This document shows, in pieces, positions 51,821-63,760 of a DNA stretch of 64,000 nt. The stretch covers positions 18,290,001 to 18,354,000 of the forward strand of contig NC_043007.1 in assembly GCF_006345805.1 (NCBI RefSeq), read 5' to 3'. Every line of letters begins with the position of its first letter. Within the stretch, counting starts at the first letter, position 1. Under the pieces are notes generated by a model. That model did not search any database. It saw nothing but the letters and a program-made list of their open reading frames with translations, and was not told the origin of the DNA. The translations under genes and the position numbers were made by a program. This DNA comes from Octopus sinensis. Taxonomy: Eukaryota.

Positions 51821-52037
51821 TTCTGTTGTGTCTGGGGAGAGTCACTGTCTTTTCGTGCCTTATAATGTAACACACTCACCGGTAAAATTTCCACTTATTT
51901 CAAGACTATTGAAAAGGTTGCAAGACGCAACGAAAATTTTAGGAAAATAAAAATAAGAAATAAGTGGAAATTTTACCGGTGAGTGTGTTACATTATAAGG
52001 CACAAAAAGAAAATGACTCTCTCCAGACACAACAGTA
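51821..52037. mobile_element. Foldback MITE (~78-bp arms, probable TA TSD)
   Basis: ...cactcaccggtaaaatttccacttattt / aaataagtggaaattttaccggtgagtg... Confidence 0.8.
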
Positions 52038-52448
52038 TAAATTTACGGTTATACCAATAATAATTGTAGCACTTGGTTTTATAAGTAAATGCCTAACTGT
52101 CAGTCTGGGTAAGCTTGATTTTTTAGAAAAAGAAATCAACCATCTAACTGGGAGATTACAAATACAATCTGGAAGCCAAACGGTAAAATTATGCAAGTCT
52201 TTTCTCAGGTTTAAACTGTGACATTGTTTCCATTATCTACATTCAATATCAACAACTAGATTTTGCAACCACTGTTTCTATGGAAATATATTTATTATTT
52301 TTCTAGCATATCAAAGAAACATAATTTTATACTACATATATTAATTATATCTGTCTATTATTATTAATTTCCTCAAATATCATGGAGTTTGTATTTGTAA
52401 ATGATTAAAAATAGAAGAGAAACATACATACACATAAAAGAAAAGACT

Positions 52449-52815
52449 GCACTGGTTTGGTTACGTGATGTGGATGGATGAGGACAGTTGCTTAAAGAAA
52501 TGCCGATCACTTAAAATGGAGGGAAGTTGTGGAAGAGGGAGACCCAGGAAGATATGGGATGAAGTACTGAAAGTTGATCTCAAAATGATGAGCCTTATGA
52601 AGGAGATGACAGAGGACTGAAATATGCAGCACGTTGTTTGTACTTATGAAGACCTGCCCATGACAACAGAATTGATAGCCTAAAACCAAGGTGCTATGTA
52701 AAAAGTATTCATGTTGGAGCTAATGCCATGTAAAAAGCACTGGTGCCAGCGCCACGTAAAAAGCATTGATGCTGGAGCCACATAAAAAGTACCGGTAATG
52801 GTGCTATGTAAAAAG
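52449..52815 (+). mobile_element. RTE LINE C-terminal fragment followed by ~5 copies of the satellite unit
   Basis: LHWFGYVMWMDEDSCLKKCRSLKMEGSCGRGRPRKIWDEVLK; downstream gccatgtaaaaagcactggtgcc is the reverse complement of the array unit. Confidence 0.85.
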
Positions 52816-53109
52816 CACCATTTTTCAGTGTATTTCAACCAGAAAAATGTCCACTTAAAGAGAATAACAAGCTACATAATGCAAAATTTTTACTTTTCAA
52901 AAATTCCAATTTTAAAGGGTCGAAACAAACCCGAGCAGCGCTGGGCGATACTGCTAGTTTTAGCTAAATGGAACAGGGAACCGATACAACTGTGTTTACT
53001 GGATACTAAAAAATCCTTGCTTGCATGTGGACAAAGCAGTTGATTCACTGCAAATCAATATCTGCTATGGAGTGTCAACAAAAAGTTTAATCAAACTATT
53101 TTCCTTTGA

Positions 53110-53530
53110 AGTTACTTTTACTGGTAAAGTGCACATTCATTTTACCTGCCATACTTGCACTTCATGAAAATGAGGAATTTCTCTTTCAAGGAAATATACC
53201 ACCGAGCTTACCTGGATATAAATCTGCAAGGACTCTAGATAAGATGAAGAGGGTGCAGTTGAGTTCCCTACCCATTCTTCTGATTTAACACTTGCAGACT
53301 TATATTTATGGGGTACCTTAAAGGATGTCGTATACAGTGCAGAAAACTGGCTACAATGATGGCCCTTCAGAAAGGAACTGAAAAAGAACGTGCAGCAATC
53401 CCTTTGGACATTTTGGTCAACATTGCCAAAGCAGTAGTTCACCATACTAATATGTCCAGAGGCTAATGGTCACCACTTTGAGCAACACCTGTAACTGTAG
53501 AGTTTAAAGGTAACTTGTATTAATCCTGCA
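53110..53530 (+). mobile_element. Degraded IS630-Tc1-mariner transposase C-terminus
   Basis: RGAVEFPTHSSDLTLADLYLWGTLKDVVY...EANGHHFEQHL resembles WPPRSPDLTPLDFxLWGxLK. Confidence 0.7.
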
Positions 53531-54849
53531 CCCATTCTTTTTGAAATATGTATATATTTTTTTTGTGGACTCTATATACACACACACATATATATACATG
53601 TATTTGTTTGTTCTTTCTCGAGCCATACCTGGCTCATAAGGGCCAGTTTCCTGGTTTCTTGGCGTATAGGTTCCCCACCTGGATGGGGCGCCGGTCTGTC
53701 GCAGGTGAGCTGCAAGATGCAGGAGGAAAGAGTGAGAGAAAGTTGTGGCAAAAGAGTCAGCAGAAGTTTCACCATTACCTTCTGCCGGAACCGTGTGGAA
53801 CTTAGGTGTTTTCGCTCATAAACACACACAGTCCGCTGCTGTAACCACTAGGCCATGTGCCTCCACATAAATAAATGCACCCTTTTAAAGCCTAACCAGG
53901 CTCATGGGCCCAGTTTCCTGGTATCATGGCGTATGTGCTCCCCAGCTGGACGGGACGCCAGTCCATCGCAGCGTTACTCATTTTTGCCAGCTGAGTGGAC
54001 TGGAGCAACGTGAAATGAAGTGTTTTGCTCAAGAACACAACGCGTCGCTCGGTCCAGGAATCGAAACCACAATCTTATGATCATGATGCTGACACCCTAA
54101 CCACTAAGCCACGCACCTCTACAAGCTGATGTAAAGAGGTTAATAAAGAGATTATGTACCTCCGGTCAAGAAGTCTGATATCTCGTCTATATTGCTAAAT
54201 GCAACAGTAGACCTGAGACTAATGATAACTATCTGACCGGCCATACCAAAGAACTACATATAATATTACTGATCAAACACAAAAACATTTTAGTATGCTT
54301 TTTTCAGACTTATGGACAACCGACCTATACACACACATACATTCATCTTTTAAAACCTCCAGGCTTCCTGAAATTTGCCAACACTACACCTGATATCCCT
54401 GCTCCATACGTATGCATATCATGACTCTTACACTGTTCACTTTCCTGACCTTTGTACATAATTCTATGTACTGTACATGCACCTTTGATGAGTTGTAGTG
54501 CACCTGAGCACTATACATTATTAATTTACTATATATATACATGTGTGTGTGTGTGTGTGTGTGTATGTAGATGAATTTGTAAGTGTCCTATTTTCTTGAT
54601 TGAAATATATCTTACAACCACATATTTCACTGCTGCTTTCTTAATATAACATGATACCATAACCATTTATGTCACCATAAAGGCAAAGCTGTAACTGTCT
54701 CACCAACAGAGTGTACATAATTTAGCTCAGCCTTTTGGTGTAGTAAATGCTACAGGCAAAAATCTAAAACATTTCTGTTTACCACTAAGATATATACCTT
54801 CCACATACAGTCTGAGTATTATTAGTTTTACATCTATATTTTTTCTTTT

Positions 54850-55950
54850 TTTTTTACTGGCTTCAGTCATTGGACTGTGGCCACGCTGGGGCACCATCTT
54901 GAATTTTTTTAGTTGAATGAATTGACCCCAGTACTCATTTCTAAGCCTGGTACTTATTCTCACAATCCCTTTGGCTGAACTGCTAAGTTACAGCGACGTA
55001 AACACACCAACACCGGTTGCCAAGGGGTGATGAGGAAACAAACAGACACAAAGACACATACATATATATATATATATCCAAGCGTGATCGATGCCAGAGC
55101 GGCTAACTGGCTTCCATGCCGGTGGCATGTAGGAAGCACCATTCAAGCGAGATCGTTACCAGCATCGCCTTACTGGCACCTGTGCCGTTGGCATGTGTAA
55201 AAAGATACGAGCGAGGCCGTTGCCAGCATCGCCTTACTGGCACCTGTAAAAAGATATGAGCGAGGTCGTTGCCAGTACCGCCTGACTGGCCCCCGTGCCG
55301 GTGGCACGTAAAAGCACCCACTACACTCTCGGAGTGGTTGGCGTTAGGAAGGGCATCCAGCTGTACAAACTCTGCCAGATCAAGACTGGAGCCTGGTGCA
55401 GCCATCTGGTTCACCAGCCCTCAGTCAAAATCGTCCAACCCATGCTAGCATGGAAAGCGGACATTAAACGATGATGATGATATATATCATCATCATCATC
55501 ATCGTTTAACGTCCGTTTTCCATGCTAGCATGGGTTGGACGGTTCTACTGGGGTCTGTGAAGCCAGAAGGCTTCATCAGGCCCAGTCAAATCTGGCAGTG
55601 TTTCTACGGCTGGATGCCCTTCCTAATGCCAACCACTCCGTGAGTGTAGTGGGTGCTTTTTACGTGCCACCCGCACAGGTGCCAGACGAGCTGGCAAACG
55701 GCCACGAACGGATGGTGCTTTTTATGTGCCACCGGCACGAGGGCCAGGCAGGGCTGGCAACGGACAAGGACGGATGGTGCTTTTTATATGATGGGCTTCT
55801 TCCAGTTTCCATCTACCAAATCCACTCACAAGGCTTTAGTTGGCCCGAGGCTATAGCAGAGGACACTCACCCAAGGTGCCATGCAGTGGGACTGAACCTA
55901 GGAACCATGTAATTGGGAAGCAAGCGTCTTACCATGCAGCCACTCCTACA
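54850..55950 (-). mobile_element. SINE family A split by the LINE pair inserted in its internal microsatellite
   Basis: 3' half at 54850-55055 and 5' half at 55786-55950 in the same orientation. Confidence 0.7.
55075..55785. mobile_element. Two RTE LINE 3' ends joined tail-to-tail (+ 55075-55480, - 55487-55785)
   Basis: ...ttaaacgatgatgatga tatatat catcatcatcatcatcgtttaac... Confidence 0.9.
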
Positions 55951-56747
55951 CCCCTATGTTAGCTTTCCATATTTATATCCACCTCTCTTTACAATCATTA
56001 GGGGTGGGATTGAAAACAGTGTCAAGTATATGCTATTTATAGATTTATAGTAAACAGTAATAGTTGTAGAAATAGTTCATATTGTAGGCTAAATTAGTTT
56101 ACTATGAGAGAGAGAGAGCAATGACCTAATATTCTGAACAGAGCCTGCCAGTTGTGTGTTTTTAAAAAATTCTTTTTTTTTGCATATTTCAATTATTGGA
56201 CTGGCTGTGCTGGGACACTCCCCTTTTAGGTGATCAAGTTGATACAAATATTTATTTGTTAAGTCTGATATTTATTCTGTTGTTCTCTTTTGCTGGACTG
56301 CTAAGTTACAGTGATGTAAACATGCCAACATTGATTGTCAAGTGGTGGTGGTGGGGAGACAAAAACACAGTCGCAAAGAAATACAAACACACATAGATAC
56401 ATACATACATATAAATAGACATATATATATTTATACTAGTCCCTTAATATTTGATATTCAATAAGACAATCAATACTTCATTTCATTTTACTATATATAT
56501 ACTATTTATACTATATTCTACATTAATATTATAAAGAATATAAATAAAACATAAAAAACAGACAGAGTTGGAATTCCTTTGAATAATATATATATACACA
56601 TATATATATATATATATAAGTAGACAGATAGGGTTATAATCCAAGCTGTATTCTCATGAAGCACTTATGCATATTCAAGTTCTCCAAAGTATATTTGTAG
56701 ATGTTATGATTTATGTTAGAGTTGAAAATACTGGAGAATACTGTTAA

Positions 56748-57030
56748 CTCTTAACCACTACGCGTAGTGGTTAAGAGCATGCGCTACTAACCCCACGATT
56801 CTGAGTTCGATTCCAGGCTGTGACCTGACTAATAAATATTAACAACAACATTGAAAAATTCCTTAGGAATGAGAACCCAGGTTCAAAATTTCCCCAAGAC
56901 ACCTGATGAAGGTGGGAGGGTATATCAGCCGAAACGTTGTGTTAACAACGAACAAGATGAGGACAAATACCCATCAAATGTAAGTAATGTACATAATTCC
57001 TCATCTCTTAAATATAGAACTGTAATATCT
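56748..57030 (+). mobile_element. tRNA-headed element carrying a hammerhead-like motif
   Basis: A box gcgtagtggtt, B box gagttcgattcc; CTGATGA...GAAA core downstream. Confidence 0.6.
56898..56943 (+). ncRNA. Minimal type I hammerhead ribozyme-like motif
   Basis: Stem I gacac/gtgtt, core CUGAUGA, imperfect stem II ggtgg/cagcc, GAAA, palindromic ACGU stem III, GUU cleavage triplet. Confidence 0.55.
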
Positions 57031-57052
57031 AATATATATATATATATATATA

Positions 57053-57781
57053 TCATCATCATCATTTAACGTCCTCTTTCCATGCAGGCATGGATTGGAC
57101 GATTTAACTGAGAACTGGTGAACCAGATGGCTGCACCAGGCCCCAATCTGATCTGGCAGCGTTTCTACAGCTGGATGCCCTTCCTTATGCCAACCACTCT
57201 GAGAGTGTAGTGGGTGCTTTTACATGCCACCGACACAAGGGCTAGTCAGGCAGTACTGGCAACAGCCATGCTCAAATGGTGTTTTTTACGTGCCACCTGC
57301 ACAGGAGCCAGTCCAGCAGCACTGGCAATGACCTTGCTTAAATATTTTTCACATGCCAGTTGGTAACGATCACGCTCGAATGGTGCTTTTTACATGCCAC
57401 TGGCATGGAAGCCAGTTAGCTGCTCTGGCAACGATCACACTTGGATGGTGCTCTCAACAGGTCTTCGCAAGCAGAGTTTAGAGTCCAATGAGGGAAAGGT
57501 ACGCATAAGTGGGTTGGTTATACCCCTGGCATAGGCCACGGGTTATGGTCTCACTTGGCTTGCCAAGTTTTCTCAAGCACAGCATATTTCCAAAGGTCTC
57601 AGTCACTAGTCATTGCCTTGGTGAGGCCTAATGTTGGAAGGTCCTGCTTCACCACCTCATCCCAGGTCTTCCTGGGTCTACCTCTTCCCTCAAACGCTAG
57701 GGTGTGGCACTTTTTCACACAGCTATCCTCATCCATTCTCGTCACATGACCATACCAGCACAGTCGTCTCTCTTGCACACC
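57053..57781 (-). mobile_element. 5'-truncated RTE-clade LINE: RT-protein C-terminus plus 3'UTR and (GAT)n tail
   Basis: Minus-strand translation RRLCWYGHVTRMDEDSCVKKCHTLAFEGRGRPRKTWDEVVKQDL, then a repeat-bearing UTR and a tail at ~57055. Confidence 0.9.
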
Positions 57782-60700
57782 ACATATATATGTATATATA
57801 TATGTGTGTGTGTGAGTGTGTATCTGTGTTTACACCCCCGTAACATAGCGGTTCAGCAAAAGAGACCAACAGCATTGGCACTAGGCTTACAAAGAATAAG
57901 TCCTGGGGTCGATTTCTTTGACTAAAGGTGGTGCTCCAGCATGGCTGCAGTCAAAAGACTGAAACAAGGAAAAGAATATACACACACACCTTCACAACTT
58001 CTACACAGTTTCTATCTACCAAATTTGTCACAAAGCATTGGTAAACTGAAGTTTATAGACAACATTTGTCCAAGATGCCACACAGTGTGATCAACCGTGA
58101 AACGAGACAGCCATGCCAGAATGCTCAGTAAATTCTTTATTTTTACCAACACTGGAAGGATGAAAACTTGATTGATGGGGTTAAATGCAGAGACTAAAGG
58201 GCCATAACTAAGTAACACAAGATATTTTGTCAAATACTTTAACAATTCTACTAATGCACCATTCTTGTCTAGTTATATATTCTCATAAGAATATTTAATA
58301 AAAGCTAGAAGTCAAAGCAAAATAATAATTAGTTATGATTAAGCAAACCTATGATAAAATGTCCCAACTGTGGCTATTCTATGATACCCAGTTATGATAG
58401 AATCGAGAATTTCATTATCCAATGTGTCCTTCCATTTATTTAAAGATGATTAAATGTAGTTTGAGCAGAATTTGATTTATTTCTAGCAGATCAAGCAACT
58501 GCATAGAAAGTTCCCAACAATGGAACTGGTTAAAATTGTATCCAAAGCATATTCCCTCTCCCTGCTAAGCAGATTTAATAGAAACAAAGATATGTGATGA
58601 AATATTCGTGAATGATTTAGCATAGACCCAGTATTCCAGCTAAGCCATGCTCACCGGGGACAATCATGCCACGTAGAGAACAGCATAGCAAACAGGATCT
58701 GGCATCCAATGCCTTGTATATTATTAATTAAAGGCTGTTGTTTAACCCTAGGTCAGCCCTGACTGAGTAGATCCATGATCAAATGAGAATCCCATCCTGA
58801 TCATCTTGTTTGATCACCATCTCAAATGATCAAATTAAATTCCAGCAATGAAAATCTCATTTTGTTTTTATACCCCCAGACAATGTGTTTTTGTTATGCA
58901 TAAACTTGGAACAGAATGAACCTCATAACTTCTCTTCCTTTTATTGGCTGCTTAGCAATGCAGAGAGTCTTGTTAGAGTCTTGTTATTTTATCTTTCATG
59001 TTTCGGATATCAAAAACGTTTGTCAGATGAAAGAAAACAAAAACAAATGGAAATTATTGTTGTGTTGCTCATATGACGATGACTGGTTCTTGCAGTCATT
59101 GTTTTGAATTTGTAAATTTGTCTACTCACTTGTCTAAAGGATATTTAAAAAAATAATTATAATTTCTATTTTAAACAAACCATTATATTTCTGTCTGTTG
59201 TCAGTAAATCAAGTGGATATTAATAATATGATAGCCTTGTAATGTTCTCATTCCTAACTACAGAACATCTGCACTAGACTACTGTTCACACTTCCCAAAC
59301 CCCCCACACTTTAAATACAAACAGATAAACACGACTAGAGTTTAACTAGGGCTTAACCAACAACAGAAAGTTCAACATGGGATAGCTTTTCTATATGTTC
59401 GCCCGGCCTGTTAGCTGTCAAAGCTCCTTCAAGGAAACCCTGCCATGTAAAAAGATTAAAATAAAAAATAATAATAATAAAAGGAGGCCTTGGATTATGT
59501 CTTCAAGACGACCGGAAAAGTCTTCGATCGCAGGTCTCGGAAATGACTTGGAACTCAAAACCTGATGGTGGACTCGACCAGGAGAAAGAGAGAGCTTGTT
59601 GCGTCATAATTATTTGTTATTATAGGCATGAAGTCTCTCTTATGTCTGTAGGGAAAAGTAGGAAGTTGCATTAGGCTAAATCCATCAAATTCCAGGAGCT
59701 AAATTAATTTATATTTAAGTGGGGGAATCGTCGGTCGAATTATAATTGAACGTCCCTAAATATCTAGCTTAGCCAAGAGAGACACTAAGTAATATACTGG
59801 ATGTAAATAAATGCAAAAAACGTTAAATTGATCGATACGAGACAGAATCTAAACTGCCATCTGGAACTACTGACTTGAAGAACAACAAACAATCAACGTG
59901 GTGGTTGTTGAACCGAGCTAAACTCATAAAACAATTCTAAACACGACTGTCCGGTTTTTTCCTTTAAGCAAGGTGAAATCAGGACCACATTAACTAACAT
60001 GCATAAGACGGTAAGGTGTGATTCCAGAGACATTTGACAGCTATTTCTAGCATGCATAGGCTACAAAGGCGCTGTGAAAAATAAATTAATTGCGGCTGAT
60101 TTACTCGACCCAGTCATAACATATCCGTTTTATCGATACAGACGGGATGTAATAAAACCTCCAGATCAGCACTAAATGAGCAAAGGCATTCCACTTATGA
60201 TTATCGCATTTTTTAATTTAGACAGAATATTGAGGATCATATTTTTTTTAAGGGGATAGTGTGGTATGAGGAGATTTAGTTGCTATTTCTAGCAAGTCAT
60301 GTTTCGTAGAAGCTAGAAATAACAGCGCAAAAACAATGAGGTATCGTAACACAAAAAAAAAAAATAGACAAGATTGGTGAGGTGGATGCCTCCCATCAAG
60401 GACCCAATAGAGAGGAGAGAGGGATTCAAGGCATGGTAATAAAGGTTTTCTTTTTCGTTCCACAGCTCAAGCATGACAATAAACGATATGGTCTAAAAAC
60501 TCGACAGAGAGAAGCTTTATAAACCCGTATATCTCATGGCAGTGAACAACACATCTTGCTTCATTGCACAATCCACAAAAAAAGCAAGAATGAAGACATC
60601 TAGTTCACACTACACCATACCTATAGGTTTCTGCTAGCAGTGAAAATTCGTCTTTATCCTAAAATTACAAATTCTCTGTGTAAGTAACCCTTGTTGTGAG

Positions 60701-61264
60701 GTCGAATGGTAAACTCAAACAAACGTGGCTATAAGGTATCACAGAACAACCGTTATTCTATGGTGCTTATCATTTGTTAAGGAATAAAAAAAAAAGGTAA
60801 AAGGGGGTAATGATATTGTTGATTAGATTTAAACCTTGTTATTACTAGTATCTGTTTTTAGACACATCAGAGACATGTAAAAGAGATAAAAGTTTGCATT
60901 CATTATATTCGACATTATTGATTAAATCGGAAAAAAATATTTTAAAAAATGGTAAAATATTCCCCTCATAAAGATTCCGACAAACAAATTGAGAATAACA
61001 TTCAATGGGGGGAAAAATACAGATTTTGATTAATAAATTATATTAAAAATGTTTCTTCTTCCACAACGAAACGAAGTGACTAATAATTAGAGACGATGTT
61101 TTAGTAAAAATTGTGTCGAATTATTAATAATATTGAAAAGATAATTAGGAAGGATGGTGATTTCTTTCTAAACAAACACCCGAAATACATACACCACATG
61201 TGTCAACAAGTGTAGAATAACAAACATGAATATGGAACAACAGTAATAATAATAATAATAATCC

Positions 61265-61720
61265 TTCCCACTAAAGCCTGAAATTTTGTAAGGTAGGGAA
61301 CTAGTCAATTACATCGACCTCCAGTACTCAACTGGTACTTATTTCATCGATCCCGATAGGATGAAAGGCAAAGTCAACCTGGGCAGTATTTAAAACAACA
61401 ATAGTAATCTTTTCTGCTAAGGGCACAAGGCCTGAAATTTTGAGGGAGGGGACTAATCGATTACATCAACCCCAGTGTTCCACTGGTACTTAATTTATCG
61501 ACCCCAGTACTCAACTGGTACTTATTTCATCGATCCCGATAGGATGTAAGGCAAAGTCAACCTGGGCAGTATTTAAAACAACAATAATAATCTTTTCTGC
61601 TAAAGGCACAAGGCCTGAAATTTTGAGGGAGGGGACTAATCGATTACATCAACCCCAGTGTTTCACTGGTACTTAATTTATCGACCCCGGAATGAAAGAC
61701 AGAGTTGACCTCGGCGGAAA
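61265..61720 (-). mobile_element. SINE fragments related to the family B body, with a 183-bp tandem duplication
   Basis: 61321-61503 repeated at 61504-61687. Confidence 0.75.
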
Positions 61721-62238
61721 TAATAATAATAATAGTAATAAACAGGTTAAACATGATGCTAATGATAGTAGTAGTAGTAGTAGTGGTGTTATTTATGATA
61801 ATGACAGTTAGGGAGGTAAATAATTAAAACATTACATGAATGACAACATCAACGCAAAGGGGGGACTTTCGTTAAGACGGGGATTTAAAGAAGATAATCG
61901 GATGTCTGTCCAGAATAATCCAAGGATACCATTTATTTTTCAAGAAGTATAATGAGTATTTATGCGTTGTGTGACCCATACACGTGTGTTTGAACAGTTT
62001 GGTACCCGAGACAACGGATAAAGAACTCACATACCCTCATACCCGACACAGACAATTGACATATCCGACACTGGTCAGAGGCCACGGTGACATCAACTCC
62101 ATCAACATTATTATTATTATTATTACTGTTATTTTCCATATTTCAGTTGTTGTTTTTAAAAACACAGACGTAATGATAATTATTATTATGCTTTTTTTTC
62201 TTTTAAATAAAAGTGATTTTATATAGAAATTACATTAC

Positions 62239-62357
62239 CTGAGTGGAACAATCTGAAATTCGTCTTCACTCAAAGTAGACCAGGTTCCACCAAGACATTC
62301 TTTGCACCAGTCATAGGCTTTTTTGTTAATGTTTACTAGGCACCTGTCGTCGCCCAT
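62239..62357 (-). CDS. CHKA: Choline/ethanolamine kinase, first coding exon (MGDDRCLVNINKKAYDWCKECLGGTWSTLSEDEFQIVPL-S)
   Basis: ATG at 62357 in aggATGG context; AYDWCKECLGGTW resembles the choline kinase N-terminal AYxWCxxxLGGxW motif; phase-2 donor AG|GTAATG joins exon 2 (AG+T=Ser). CHKA vs CHKB orthology is not resolvable. Confidence 0.9.
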
Positions 62358-62752
62358 CCTCTTTTGGTGACCGAAGAAGAGCAAAACGAATGATTTCAAG
62401 GTTCGGAGGAACTCCAACAGGGAACTAAAAGTGTACATTGGAGATATAATGATTTTAAAACAAAAAAAAAACACACCCGGAGAAAAATGGTAACAAAAGA
62501 AAAAAAAGAAAGAAGGATGGAAAGAAAGAAAAAGAAGGAATAGAAAGAGAGGGAAAAAGGATGGAAAAATAAAAGAAAAATCAAGAAGCGAAAGAGACTG
62601 AGCCTAATGTCCGCTTCTTTTGCTCATCAGTTTCCAAGGCATGTAGAGAGAAGAGAGGAGAGTCGCTAGCGGTTTGTAGTCGGGGCAAATGACAATTATA
62701 TAGTAAAAGAAAAAAGGTAGGTAGGCTAATGTTTTTTAGTAAGATTTCCTAC

Positions 62753-62880
62753 CTTTGGCTTTTTTGTGGCAAACAACAACACTAGAAACGGTTAATGAAC
62801 ATACGGTGTCTACTAGCATCAGTCTAAACCGTGTATCATCGCAACTAACATTTTATACACTCGACACGATCAACACAATC
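62753..62880 (-). other. Candidate non-coding 5'UTR exon of the kinase gene
   Basis: Donor-like AAAG|GTAGGA at 62752; acceptor ttttag| at 62425 preceded by a long minus-strand pyrimidine tract; no transcript evidence and the 5' end is arbitrary. Confidence 0.4.
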
Positions 62881-63760
62881 GCTCTCCTCCTCCTCCTCCC
62901 ACTTCTTTCGCACTCCTCCCCTTCACCTACCTTCTCTCTCTCTCTCTCTCTCTCTCTTTATCTCTCTCGCTATACAGACATATATATATCTCATTACGAT
63001 ATGCAAATCTCCTTCCTCCTTCTCCCCTTCACCTACCTTCCTCTCTCTCTCTCATTATCTCTCTCGCTATACAGCTATATATATATCTCATTACGATATG
63101 CAAATCTCCTTCCTCCTTCTTCCCTCTACTCCTCTCTCTCTCTCTGTTTCTTTCTTTCTCTCCCCCTCTCTCTGTTTCTTTCTCTCACTCTCTGTCATTC
63201 ATCCTCTATGCAGTCCCTTCCTCCTTCTTCCCTCTCCCCCTCTCTCTGTTTCTTTCTCTCACTCTCTGTCATTCATCCTCTATGCAGTCCCTTCCTCCTT
63301 CTTCCCTCTACTCCTCTCTCTGTTTCTTTCTTTCTCTCCCCCTCTCTCTGTTTCTTTCTCTCTCTCTCCGTCATTCATCCTCTATGCAGTCCCTTCCTCT
63401 GTCTGCACTACAACTATTTTTTCATTTATCTCTCATGTCTTCTCTCATTCACTCTTTCTCTTTCACTTTCTCTCTCTCTTTCTCTTTCACTCTCACTCAT
63501 CCTCTATCTCTTTTTACTTTCTCCCTCCCACATTACTATTACTCTTTTGTTTGACTACTATTCCCTTTCTCCCATTCACCCATGTAAGTTCCTTTCTCTG
63601 CTTTAATTTTTCTGCCTCACTCTCTTTCTCTCTGCGGTGTTCTTCCTCCTTTTGCCCCATTACTCTTTCTTCCATTTATATTCAAAATTTTCCCCCCTTC
63701 CCTTCGTTCCTTCTTTCTTTGTTTCTTTCTCTCTCTCTCTCTCTGTCTTTCTGTCTGTCT
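62880..63760. repeat. CT-rich polypyrimidine tract with ~65-70-bp tandem subunits
   Basis: tctcattacgatatgcaaatctcc x2; ctgtcattcatcctctatgcagtccc-like x3. Confidence 0.9.

Larger units (their letters stand above)
59400..62900. promoter_or_regulatory. CpG-retaining zone around the first exon (probable promoter/first-intron region)
   Basis: Visibly more CG dinucleotides in unique sequence than in the rest of the gene body; not quantified. Confidence 0.4.
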
